NCBI GenBank assembly: GCA_000708835.1
Contig: DF237303.1
Coordinates: forward strand, 31,051 to 95,050
Reading direction: 5' to 3'
DNA length: 64,000 bases
Source of the DNA: Klebsormidium nitens
Lineage: Eukaryota > Plantae > Klebsormidiophyceae
Each line of letters begins with the position of its first letter. Positions within the stretch are counted from its first letter, which is position 1. The notes below the pieces were generated by a model. It did not search any database. It was not told the DNA's origin and saw only the letters and a program-made list of their open reading frames with translations. This document shows, piece by piece, positions 1-11,300 of this stretch. The position numbers were made by a program, and so were the translations under genes.

Positions 1-150
1 GCAAATAGTTTTCCAGTCGCAACCGAAGACGCACAGGCCACCGCCATAAAGCTGCGAGGCAGCAGCGCATGACACCAGATGCACACGAACGTTCTCCGGC
101 AAGTACACGCTGCGCTTCGGTGTCAAAAAGAGAGCCAATGATGACGTCAC

Positions 151-3100
151 CTGCCAGCGCCTCCTCCTGCTTATCCAGCTTGTCGTATGCTTGCGCGCGC
201 CGTATAATCACTTTCAGGTAGTCCGGCTTTAGCTTGAGGGCCTCGCTGCACTCGCGGACAGCGGCGTCGTGCAGGGCCTGCGCCAGAGGCGAATGCAAGT
301 CTCAGATTCACAGGGCCTCTCTTCGATTTCACAGGGGGGTCCTTCCAAAGAGAATGGCCACCTTACTCGCGGGTTAAGGTGCCGGGTCAGCTGGCTAACC
401 GGCTCCGACTTCTGGCCAAGTGTCAAAATGAAACAGGTGGCTTCAGGTCTAATACTAGTCGTCCTTGCAGGCGGACAGTGGACACTGTCTTTGAGGGGTA
501 TTTGAAGGTAAAGCTGTGTGGGTTAGGGGAGACTGGCTGACAGGAATTATATGATTTAAGCATAGCGCGGCCAGGCTGGTGCAATAGGTCACGACGGTAC
601 GGTACATACAAATGGGTGTACGACTACTTTGCTGCCGTCGGATTGCAAGCTGGACGGTGTCGAAATTCTGAATTTACGATCTAGGGCAGGGTGAACTTTG
701 TAGTCAGGTGAGTTTGTGGTCAACGAAGTCACTGGTAAAGGTTTTCGACAAATCACAGGACGAATAAATTGGCGTCATTATCGGGCGTACTCGAGATGAT
801 AATAAGGTGTCAAAAAAGCTTTCACCTTTCGGAGAGGCATATGTGTGGCGGAAAGAAGGCTCACCCTCTGCGAGAGTGAACCCCTAGGAATGACTGATTG
901 GGATGCACTTCCCACTTCACAGGGTTCCTTCAGAGATGACTCTGTGCACTTGACCGAGGCTACTGAACCAGGAGCAAAGTTCCAATGCAGGCGCTTTTCC
1001 AAAAATGAACACTGATGCCGACTCCTTCTCAACAAGTAGTAATGGAGACTCTCTTTCAGCGTCTCTTCTTGTGTTTGTATGGTTCCAAGCTATCAGTCAT
1101 TGACGGACGGTTTAGCGCCATGAAGGAAGGGCAACAGCAAGGGCTCAGCTGATCGCGATAGGCCCCCACATCAGATGACTGTGTGCTCCTGTATGCCTTC
1201 CTTTTCAACGTCTAATGTTTGTTGCTGACCCGTAATCACGAAAGCGACAGGCATGAAGCTTTCAAGGACGTCGCAGTCCGGTTTTCGAGGGCATTCATAG
1301 TTGACCCTTCAATTACGAGGAGCCTGCCTCGGATCGAAGCTATCGGAACTCATTCACCAAAACAAAGTAGACAAAGATAAGGAAACAACAACCGCAGGCC
1401 CCAATAAAACGACAAGAGCGGTTAAAGAGGCGAAATGGACATAAGAGGCAGATAAAAGAAAACAAGCACGAGACAAATAGAGGGCTTCAGGCACAGAATT
1501 ACAAACGAAAGCAGAGGCGCTCGAACTTGCCAGCTGCACGAAGCACGCCGCCCGGTTGGCATGGCACGCCGCACGGCAGTTGATTGCCTCCACATCCGCT
1601 TTCTGCTCTGTTGCCGGCGCTTCTTTCCCCCCCCCTTCGCCCGCCCCCGTTTCCGGCCCCCCAGGTCCGCTGCCAGAGGGCCCCCCTCAAAGTCCTCATC
1701 AGGAACCACCAGCCTGCCCGTTTTTGGATCCAGCACCTTGGGGGGACGAACTCTCCGCCGACCACTCGTCTCTGTCGTACCCCCCCTACCCTCCCCCGTT
1801 GTTTGCCCCCCCCTTCCAGGACCGAACCGTTCCTCCTTTGCTTCACCAAAACCGCCCTCTTCCGCGTTCGATTCCAGCCCCCGTCCTGCGTCTGCTTTTC
1901 TTTGCGCCAATGGCTCGGTCTCTTTTGTCCCGTCTCCGCTGGTCTCAGGCGCGGGTTCTTCGTTATGGGGGGTTTCGGCTTCCTTTTGGTGAGGTATCTC
2001 CTCGTTTGCAGGGGACAACTCTTCGTCTTGGGGGGGTGTCTCCACGTTGACGTAAGCAGGTGGCGCAAGCTCGAGCGCCTTTGAGTAGACCTCCAGCGCG
2101 CGCTCGTAATTTGCAGTGGCATACAGTTCGTTTCCACGGGCGCGGGCCTGCTCTGCTTGCACCAGAGCTTGCTGCAGGGAACGAAAGAAAGGCTTGCATT
2201 TTGAGGCTGAGGACTCCGAAACGTCCGCCATGAAAGTGCTATAGCGCAGACACTTGCGATAACAGGAGTTTGCCACCGAAGAGCGTGCCAAAGCCCATGA
2301 CAATGGTTCCGAGTTCTTTTTTCAGACCAACAGACCAACTCGAGTTCCCGGGCGGTTTCGGAAAGTGGGACATCTCAGCCGGTGGTGACTTTCTAATCGA
2401 GGCCGACTTCATAATCTGATGCGATCATAGAAAGGAGCCTTCAAAATGTGATCTCAAAAGCCGTTGAAATTGGGCTGGATTTGGATTCTAATTTACGTTC
2501 CAAAATTATACCTGACCTTGTCTCAAGAAGCTGTTTTGGTAGGACTTTTGGAAAGATCGACCCTGTGTCATCCTTCGTATCAAAATCCTCGACTGTTACA
2601 TATCCACCTCGTCAAATCACACTGCATGGAGCCAGATTTCCACCACCGCTTGCGCTCTCGCTTGCTGGCGCCGCAGGAGAAAGTTATTTCATGGACGTAA
2701 TCATGGCGTCAGCTGCAGCCAGTTACCTTCCTTTGCTGTTCTTCATCTTCACACGCATCATGGAACTCGTCCTCTTCTTCCTCGTTCTCTCCCTTCTCTT
2801 CCTCCGCAGCTGTCTCCTCTCCTTGCTTGCCGCTGGACTGGCTTTGCTGGACGACTGAAGTGTCTTTGGTACCGTCTCCATTTTCAATCTTCTCTGCTGC
2901 CCGTTCATTCACTTCTTGGTTTGTGCTCTTCGTCTCGTCAACCTTGCTCTCCCGGTCGTCCATTGTGCGTTCCAGCCTGTCTGCCTTCTCCCTATGCTCT
3001 TCCATCATTCCTTCCAGTCTATCATTCTCCAAGGCCTTCGCTTCTTCCTTTCTTTCAGCCTTCTCCGTCCGTTCGTTCACATCTGCCTCTCTACTATTTC

Positions 3101-4409
3101 CCTTATTCTCCCCCTCTTTTGTGACCTTGCCGCCCTCCATTTCCCCTTCCTTTTGGACCCTTTCTTCGCCTTCTGGCGCCCCCTCCTCAGTCTTCTCTTC
3201 CACGCTTCCCCCCTCTCCTCTTTTTCCAAAAAAGATCTCTCCATCGATTCCACCTTTTGTCTGCACCTTCCCAGTTGCTTCCTTGTTCCCTCCTTCACTT
3301 TCTCCCTCCGCCTGACCAGAACCCCCCTTTTTCTCACCGCTTCTGCGTTCATCCCCATCCCCATCCATTGAATGCCCTGCTTCCCGGACGACCCCTGCAG
3401 CAAAGTGCATTTCCCGGAAACTTTCGCCGCTTCCACCGACACTTTCAGACTCTTGATCCGCGGACTGTGAAGCTGCACCTCCCGTCCTGTCCTGAGCCTG
3501 CTCCAGAGACTCCTGTGCTTCATGCAGAGCAGCCCCACGCAAGGCGCTCGCTGCCTCCTCATGCAACTCGCTCCGGTCCGAGATCTGCGTCTCGACAGAC
3601 CACGTGTCTTCCACATCTGCTTGCTGAGGCGCTCCTCCTGTTTTGACCGCTGAGAGACCACTTTCTGAAAGAATAGCATCTCTTCCAGCACCATCAGCAT
3701 TCATCTCAGCGACCGTCTCAGCTCCCTCCACTTGCTTCCCTCTGCCTTCTTCAGCGCTGTCAGCCACATGATTGCCAGCATGAGCAGTGTCGTATCCGCT
3801 GACCTCAGCATTCGCTGTGCTTACACTGCGGATTCCTGCCGTGCTTTGCACTGGAGCCCGCTGCTTCGGGTTGAGAAACCCCCTTGCAAACCCCTCCGCT
3901 GACCGACCATGCTTTTCTGCCAGTGGTGGTTGATCAATTGCTTCGGAATCTAGAACTTGGGAGCGCCCAGCCTGTGATGCGGCTTTCACTGGGGCATTGA
4001 GGAAACCCTTCGCTAAGCCCTGACTTGATGAACTTTTTGCACTCTCTGCTCTGCGCCCTTCGTCATCAATCCTCTGATCAGCCGTACTTTCAGGGGTACC
4101 CTTGCTCGGATTCTCAAATTCAGGTTTGGCAGACTTTGATTTGCTCTCGTCTTCAGATGCAAGATTGGCCTTATCCTCCGGCTCGGCATTGCTGCTCTTT
4201 CTCTTTTCAGCTTCACTTTTCTCATCATTTCTAACTATACTAGACTGTGGCTTTGCCCTCAGAAACCCCCGCGCCAAACCCAGACCCTTGGGTGTGGCTT
4301 GTGCACCAGCTCCCATCTTGCTGCTCCCCGTAAGTCCGGGTTTCCGTCTTGCCTGCGATGTGGTCTTCTTCTGCTCGGCATCATCGTCGATCTCCTCCAG
4401 GATCGCCAT
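151..4409 (-). CDS. TPR-repeat protein, TTC1-like, with long acidic low-complexity N-terminus; 3' end lies beyond the left edge
   Basis: Exons 4409-2727 (MAILEEIDD...EEQQRK, GTAACT donor), 2171-1531 (QALVQAEQARARGNELYATANYERALEVYSKALELAP...CRAACHANRAACFVQL, GCAAGT donor) and 277-151 (ALHDAAVRECSEALKLKPDYLKVIIRRAQAYDKLDKQEEALA) give three TPR-like helix pairs. Exon 2 is 641 nt, one base short of frame (see findings). Confidence 0.85.
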
Positions 4410-4808
4410 GTCTGCAAGCCGAGAAAGGCAATGCCGCACACTTTGCGTGGCTGCTTGTACTGTAATACGAATGCAAGTGCCCTTGCAGAGCCCTCTTGTA
4501 GCTGCTCCCTAGCAGTTGAGCATGCTCCAGCCAAGGCTTCACAGAATGAAGACTCCAGTGGCAGCGCGGCGACGCGCCGGCGGCTATGCTAAGTTCAGGC
4601 CCTTCGCTTGGACAAGAGGAATCGGACGGCTGGAAGACGGTCGATCGAAAGAAACGATCTCACTCGACGGTCACAACGCAATCTGCGTTGAACTGAGACT
4701 TTGACAACCCCTCAACTCTTGTGTCCGGGCGGTGCGCGGGCGCCCTCCGCGCAGGATTCAAAGGCGCAAGAGGTGCAGATCTGCCCAGGTGATGCTTTGT
4801 CGTCCTAT

Positions 4809-6518
4809 GCTTCCAATAAAGATGTCGAGCACCCAGGTTGATACCAGCGAAGGAGGGCCTTCAGCTCTGCGTGCAGACGATCATGTCCATAACCCGAGCA
4901 TGACACAGTTTGAGAAGGAGCTGGCAGACGTCGCTGCTCGGGCAACAGACGAGGGAAGGAGCAGATGTGTACGTGAACCTAACGGAGTCAGGTGTAGACA
5001 TGATCTATGTTCTGCCCTTGATATTGGTGTTGAACCCTGTTGGTTTTTGTTATTTGGACAATGACTGTTGGACTGAGCTGCCTTCAAATACCCGCATGTT
5101 GCTTGCGATGCCACTCTCTCTGACACGCAGTTGAAGTTCTGAGGTAGGCCCTGTTAGAGTGCGAGGCCATTTCTTGAAGACCAGAATTGTCTCAATCTGC
5201 ACTTGGACTCCCAAGCAGTCTCAGTCTACTAGCTGACTGGTATCGACAGCATTGACTTTGCTTAATACACTAGGGGCCGGCACAGCGCATTGGTCGCCCA
5301 AGAAACTTCCGACGGGCATCCGATGATGAACTTTATGACGCATGATGGATTGTCAGTGGCAATAATTTGATGTTGATCCTGGACAAATTCTTTATTCCAG
5401 GGAGGAAAATTCTGTCCAGCAGTGCATGGGCCTGAAGAGCTTGTCTTCTATCGAAAAGTGACTCTGGCTGACTTTCCTTCGGAGTGGGACCCCGACATGC
5501 TGTTCGAAAGCGCAGATGAGTACGATCGCTACATCAAAAGATACATTGGAAGAGAGTGAGTAGCGTGGGAAAAGCGTGTCAGGAATGATGTGTTGGCTTC
5601 TTGTCAGTCGCGGCCAGGCGGCAGATCATAGAGGCTGGCCGTTTGCTCCGGGCGTTCCTTTTTTCTTTTCGCCTATTTTCCGCCCTTTTGAATGCGTGAA
5701 TGGAATGGAAGAAGTCTCTAGGCTGCTTTGACAAGACTGGCTTTGACACTCAATGGTTTTGATGCACTGAGGAGGTTTTTCGATTTGGAAAAGTTGATCA
5801 GTAGATTCATTTCTACCGGCCAACGGTTGAGATTCTGATTCTGATGACATCATAGAAGCAATTTTTAAGCAGCACTGTGCTTACACCAAGTATCTTCAAT
5901 ACACTCTGAAGAAGCCAGCTTTCAGAAGGTTGAGCTGAAAAATCTTGCAAAGCTGGGTCAAGTTCTTTCAAACACGCACGCTTCGTAGCAATGCTTTGTG
6001 GGCGAAAAGTCTGCCCGCTCCTTGGAGAAGGGGTACCGGGGGTGAATTCGAAGGGGTTGAGTTCTGATTGTTGATAGCTTTTTGATTGTCTTCAGATAAC
6101 CGTACTATGGCGCTGAACTGGTCCAAAAAGAAATTTTTTGGATAAAAATCTGGATGAAATGAAAACGAAGTCCGTCTTGAAGGCCTGGTGTTTCGAAATA
6201 CAGACGTCCAACTACAGTAGTAAGTAATCGCTTTCCAAGTGCAACCGCTCTGAACATCCTTGAACAATATTGTCTGGCAGATTCGCAATGACAGAAAAGA
6301 AGAACAAATCGGCCGTAGAGGCTGGCTTTCGGGACTACGTACATGCAATGGCAACCCGACTCCTTGACGCTTTTCAGTGCCATTCGCAGAGGGACCGTTT
6401 GTTTAGAATGCTAATGATGAGGATCAAGATAGCTAATGACCACTTGTTGCGCGGAAGGGGCTTCCTTGAGAGGATCTCGAGTAGTTTTTTATCGAGTCGC
6501 AATGCAGAGATTGGCTAG
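4809..6518 (+). CDS. Possible orphan multi-exon gene or degraded gene; boundaries uncertain
   Basis: Protein-like segments: ORF 4732-5064 (MSSTQVDTSEGGPSALRADDHVHNPSMTQFEKELADV), an AG-preceded segment at 5400-5558 (GGKFCPAVHGPEELVFYRKVTLADFPSEWDPDMLFESADEYDRYIKRYIGRE*) and ORF 6270-6518. I could not build a phase-consistent model and recognised no domain. Confidence 0.25.
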
Positions 6519-8339
6519 TAGTCTGCGCTGTGATTCCATGGACAGTAAATTTGAGTGGTCATTTGCTTTGCATGAAGCTGCCTATTGCATTCTTTTCAAC
6601 GCGATGAATCGAGTCGGACGTACAACTGCAACAAAAACACATACCGTCAGAACCCGGCCCAGAGCACAACACAGCAAAGTTGTTGGATACGATAATGACA
6701 TATACCTTTGAATGCTCTATCTGTCACATCTGAACAAGTCGCTTGAGTGAGTCCGTTCGAATCCCATGCATACAGTATGCATACGCGCTGATGCATCAGT
6801 GTGCAGAAGTCTCGAATCGACTAGCTCTCTGAGTACGTGACTCGTCAATTCGAGGTGGTGACCCTACCCGCGAGCTAGCGCTAGCTAACTTTAGTACCGC
6901 ACGAGCCTGCATGTGACGAGGACTTGCTGGCATCAGCGAGGGCCGGCTGCATGCTCACCTCTTGCAGGATCCCCCGGGTCATGAGGCTTGCATATATATT
7001 GCATATGGGCACATACGCTAGGGTGCATGAGTCCCGGACACTGATCGTGACAGAAGGATCCGACATTATACCCTATATCGACCGTTCACTGTGCTTGTGC
7101 ACAATGTGTATGAATTCGCGTTCATGATCGCTATTACTATTGCACCACTGGCAGATTCACTAGGTTGATCCAAATATACCGTATTTCGAGCTATGTATGA
7201 CTTAGCCGGGTATAATATGCTAAGCTTGGAGTTCATATGATGGCAGGCTGGCACTGAGTGACCTGGCAAAATAACCAACCGCGCATGACTACCGTCAGAA
7301 TAGCATGTAGGGTGTGACGGACGTGTGCGCGACCGGGCGCATGCCAAGTTTGAATGTTGCATCATGGTACCCCAATCCACTCACACGTACCGCCGTGTGA
7401 GCGGCGGCATCTGACGAACAAAAGCTAAAACAGGAACAGAGGCATCCATGTCGCGCCCGCCTGCCTAGTAATGATCGTCAACGTGAGGGGCAAATGTTCA
7501 ACCCTCAGTCCCTTCAAACCTAGAAAAGCTGCTTAGATCGGGTGCCCTTTGTCGTCGACACGAAACATTTGGAAAGTCGATGTTGCACACTGGGTTGCAC
7601 CATGTCATACATGAGAGGCAATCAACCGCACGGCCCGATCCATCCAGGCTACACGTAGCCGAAGCTGCGGTCCAGAGAAGCGTTGTTGAGACCTTGAGTA
7701 GCAGGACAACATTTCGTTCGAAACAGATAGATTCGCACCGGGGATCTGCGCGCTCTCAGTGCGCGCACGTCGCGCATGCGCGCTTTAAGCCCCGCCAGCA
7801 GCAGCCGTCACGCCGCTCGGTGGAGTGGCTGTGCCGGGGCGCCCGCCTTGCATCTTCGGTGCTCCCTGTTGCGAGGCGGAGTTCTGGGCCTGGATACACG
7901 AACGCAGTTGCAGTCAGCTTGACGAGTGAACGAAGTTCTTTAGTTGGTGCCAACAGGTAGCCAAGCTTTCTGGCCGGAAAATGGGCGTTTTCCCGACAGA
8001 AAGCGGTGCGAGAAAATGGGCAAAAGGCAGTCGAAAGCTGCACCATTGAAGAGAGCTTCTGCCCGACATGGCTCGCGGCGACATGCAATTTATGGGTGTC
8101 GGCTGCATGTCGCTGCAAAGCGGACAACAACCACCTTCTCTCCACGTTGCTTACGATCTGAATTGCATGCGTTGCATAAAAGCGGCACCTCTTCGACAAG
8201 ACTGGTTTTTTCGAAGCTCCTGTCCTCAAACCCCCAGCCAACAGCCATACAAGGCTTTCACAGGCACAGGGAAGTGCCCTCGCACAGCTTCTTCGTGCTT
8301 CATCATTGTGCATGTATTTTGATTCATCCTCTATCGTTT

Positions 8340-11300
8340 CTAGAGCACACGAAACGGCGATAAGTGACCGGTTCGGCTTCTTACTGTCGTTGGGGGCTGT
8401 GATCTGACGGGCGACTTGGGCCGCAGGTTCTCGATCTCGGGCGTGCTGCCAACCAGGTGCGGCGCGTTTTCTGGCACAGGGATCCCCCGGCCGCCCGCCC
8501 AAACCTTCCCGTCCTTGTCGGAAAACGACTTGATGTACGCCTGCAGAAAGGGATAGGCACGAAATACTTATACGTGAAGGAGAAACTGATGGAGTTCGCT
8601 TGTAAAATCAAGGTGGAAGCAAGATGGCAACAACTTTCCATCTGAGTCGTCGTTGCCACATGCCTTCGCTGCCGAAGTTCGAACCGACGGGACTGTCCGT
8701 CCAAACCCAAAAGCTGAACCGCGAGAGGAACGCTCTTTGGCTGACCCGCTCTTCCTGACAATCTAATCATTCACCCTTTCCAGGAGCGCTCGCACTTGCC
8801 CTTCACAGATTTGATGAAACTTGGATTGCACCCGCTCGCTTGAGGGGGACAGCGAGTCCGAAGACCGGTGACGTCAGCGACCCACCTCCTTGTTGAAGTT
8901 GGATGACGTCAGCCCCTTCCCGACGGTGACCCAGCCAGCGCGGATGTTGTGGTCCTCGCCGAACAGCTCCAGCCTCCGCCGCCCTTGAGCAAAATGCTCC
9001 ACAATGTGGTACAGCTCCTCCGGCTTGCGCGTGCTGCCTGAGAAAGAGGAACATTGGTAACGTCAGGATATTTCAGAACATCTCACGACGTCATAGTGGA
9101 CGTAGGCACCGAATTAGCAACCGTTTTCTAGCCGCAAGCCGCCCTCACGCAAAGTGCTCCAAAATGTGGTACAGCTCCTCCGGCTTGCGCGTGCCGCCTG
9201 GAAGAGACGAACATCGATGACGTCAGCATACTTGATGACCTCAAAGTGATTTTACCATCAATCAGCAACAGAGGTCGGGTTTCCGCCAGTCCTGAGCAAA
9301 GGGCTACCACGATGTAGTACAGCTCCTCCAGCTTGCGCGTGCTGCCTGGAGAAACAGAAACGGAGATCCAGTCGCCGCCGCCCCTGTGCAGAGGGCTCCA
9401 CAATGTGGTACAGCTCTTGGGCTCGCGCGTGCTGCCTGGAGGGAACGAAATTTGGAGACGTCGAAATGGCATCACCATACAAGCCGTTCAAGTGTCGGCC
9501 GGGGCTGGGACACATTCCGAGCCGGTTGGGGTTTAGCTTCACCGGCTTCTACATGCTGTCCGGGGAGGAACACAAAGATGAGGCGCGAACCGTCAGGTGT
9601 TTCTGCCTTTTTTGGGCGACCGATTCGCCGGGAAACAGCCCAACTACTAGGGCTTTTCGGCGACCCAGACCGCCGTCCTAGGCTTCATCACTCTGGGCCT
9701 GCTGTTCATCTTCTTTCCGCTGGCGCTGCCCGTGTTAAGAAAGGTTCCGCCGCTCCTGGTCCGAGAACCAAGAGTCGACAAGCGAAGGGCCTTCCAACCA
9801 CGTCTTCTGATCCGTGCCCGCGCTACTCTGGGGTGCAACTCCTCTTCACCGTGCCAGAGGGAGAACTTCGATGTAGCGCCGACGTCAGCGCATGGCACGC
9901 CGCGTCCTTCCTGTTTTGCAATCCAGTTTACGACGGGTTCCGGCAAAGCTTGGTAGAGTCAGAACCTTGGAACGGCGTGGTTAGTCACAGGTTACGATGG
10001 GTGTGGATGCGAAGCACCTCCTCGCTGCAAATTCCCACCCTCACCATTCATCCCGTCAAAGATCTATGAAACGGTTTAGCTCACCGTAGGCCGGCTCCTC
10101 CGAGATGATGATGTCAGTGTCCACGTTGGCATGGATGAGGTGGCCGTCCGTGCTCCGCCGCACTGTCCCCCGAATGCCCATCAGACAGTGCTCCTGCGGG
10201 GATACATTGAAGGTTCAAAACACGAAATACATATAACACGACAGCTTCAGAGCTTCCGGTACTGGCGCGTTCAGAGCTTCCAGAATCTCAGATGCTGCGC
10301 CCTCCGTCCCACAAAAGAGCGTCCTGCTCGAGGAGCGGAAATTCTGCCGTACCGATGGCTATCTCAACTCCATTTAATAACCTACTTGTCTAAGCTCCGG
10401 CGTATCTATTCGTGAGATCACGAACTTTGGATGCATTTTGGATGCAGCTACGCAACCGCGAGAATTTGCGATTACAGTATGGACCGCGCTTACCTTGGTG
10501 TGTTGCATGATGGTGGATTTCATCGTACCAGGCTCTGGTGGCCTTCTCGACTACGTCTGGAATCAGGATTTACAGACTCTACAAACGGACTCGCTTCTCA
10601 TTCTGGAAACAGAATCTGATCATTGCGCTCGCTGCTCAAGTTCAGAGGGCAATCAATGGGATGGAATAAGTAGTCACCTTGGTGTGTTGCATGATGGTGG
10701 ACTCGTCGTACCGCGGCGGTGCCTGGTTTTCCCGGTTGGTCTTCAACCAGCAGATGTCCTCGCACCGCCGGAATCCCCACTGCACGGAACGGAACGGACA
10801 ACCCTCGCGTCAGGAAGAACCTCTGACCGCGCAGAATCGACACAGAGCTGTATATGCTTGAGTCTCTTGAGTGGGGAGACACTGCGGCTCAACAATCTCT
10901 CGGAAAAGACCGGACTTGAAAAAACAATGGGGAGGGAAGTCGTCATGCAGGTAAGAAGAGGAGGTCGTCATGCGGGTAAGAAGCGCCCGTCGGACTCAGT
11001 TACCAGACGGGTCAGGTGACACGGCAAGTGGATCACGTGAGATCTGTAGTCTGCAAGATTCCCCTGTATGTATTGTGCACAGATGGAACAAGACGACTTG
11101 ATGAGAGATGAGTTGTTCCTGTGCACATCAACCCGCAGAAACATCCTCGTTGAAGGAAGGGACATCCGCTATAACTATCACAAGCAGTCTTATCACCAAG
11201 ACGACTTTATCGGTTCGTGACGAGACCCCACCTTTTTGAGGCAGTGTCGCCCCAGGTCCAGCCCCTCCCCATCGCCCACCCAAAGAAACACGAACGAGGG

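Noticed and set aside
6755-6764. GTTCGAATCC B-box/T-loop suggesting a tRNA or SINE
   Set aside because: The flanks (GTCCG / CCCAT) cannot form a T-stem and there is no cloverleaf or A-box. The same applies to GTTCGAATC near 40224 and 46103.
7580-8363. Long overlapping ORFs (e.g. 7756-8502, 248 aa)
   Set aside because: No recognisable motifs and low-information composition; the region is most likely MTB 3' UTR or intergenic, partly off-frame with the last MTB exon.
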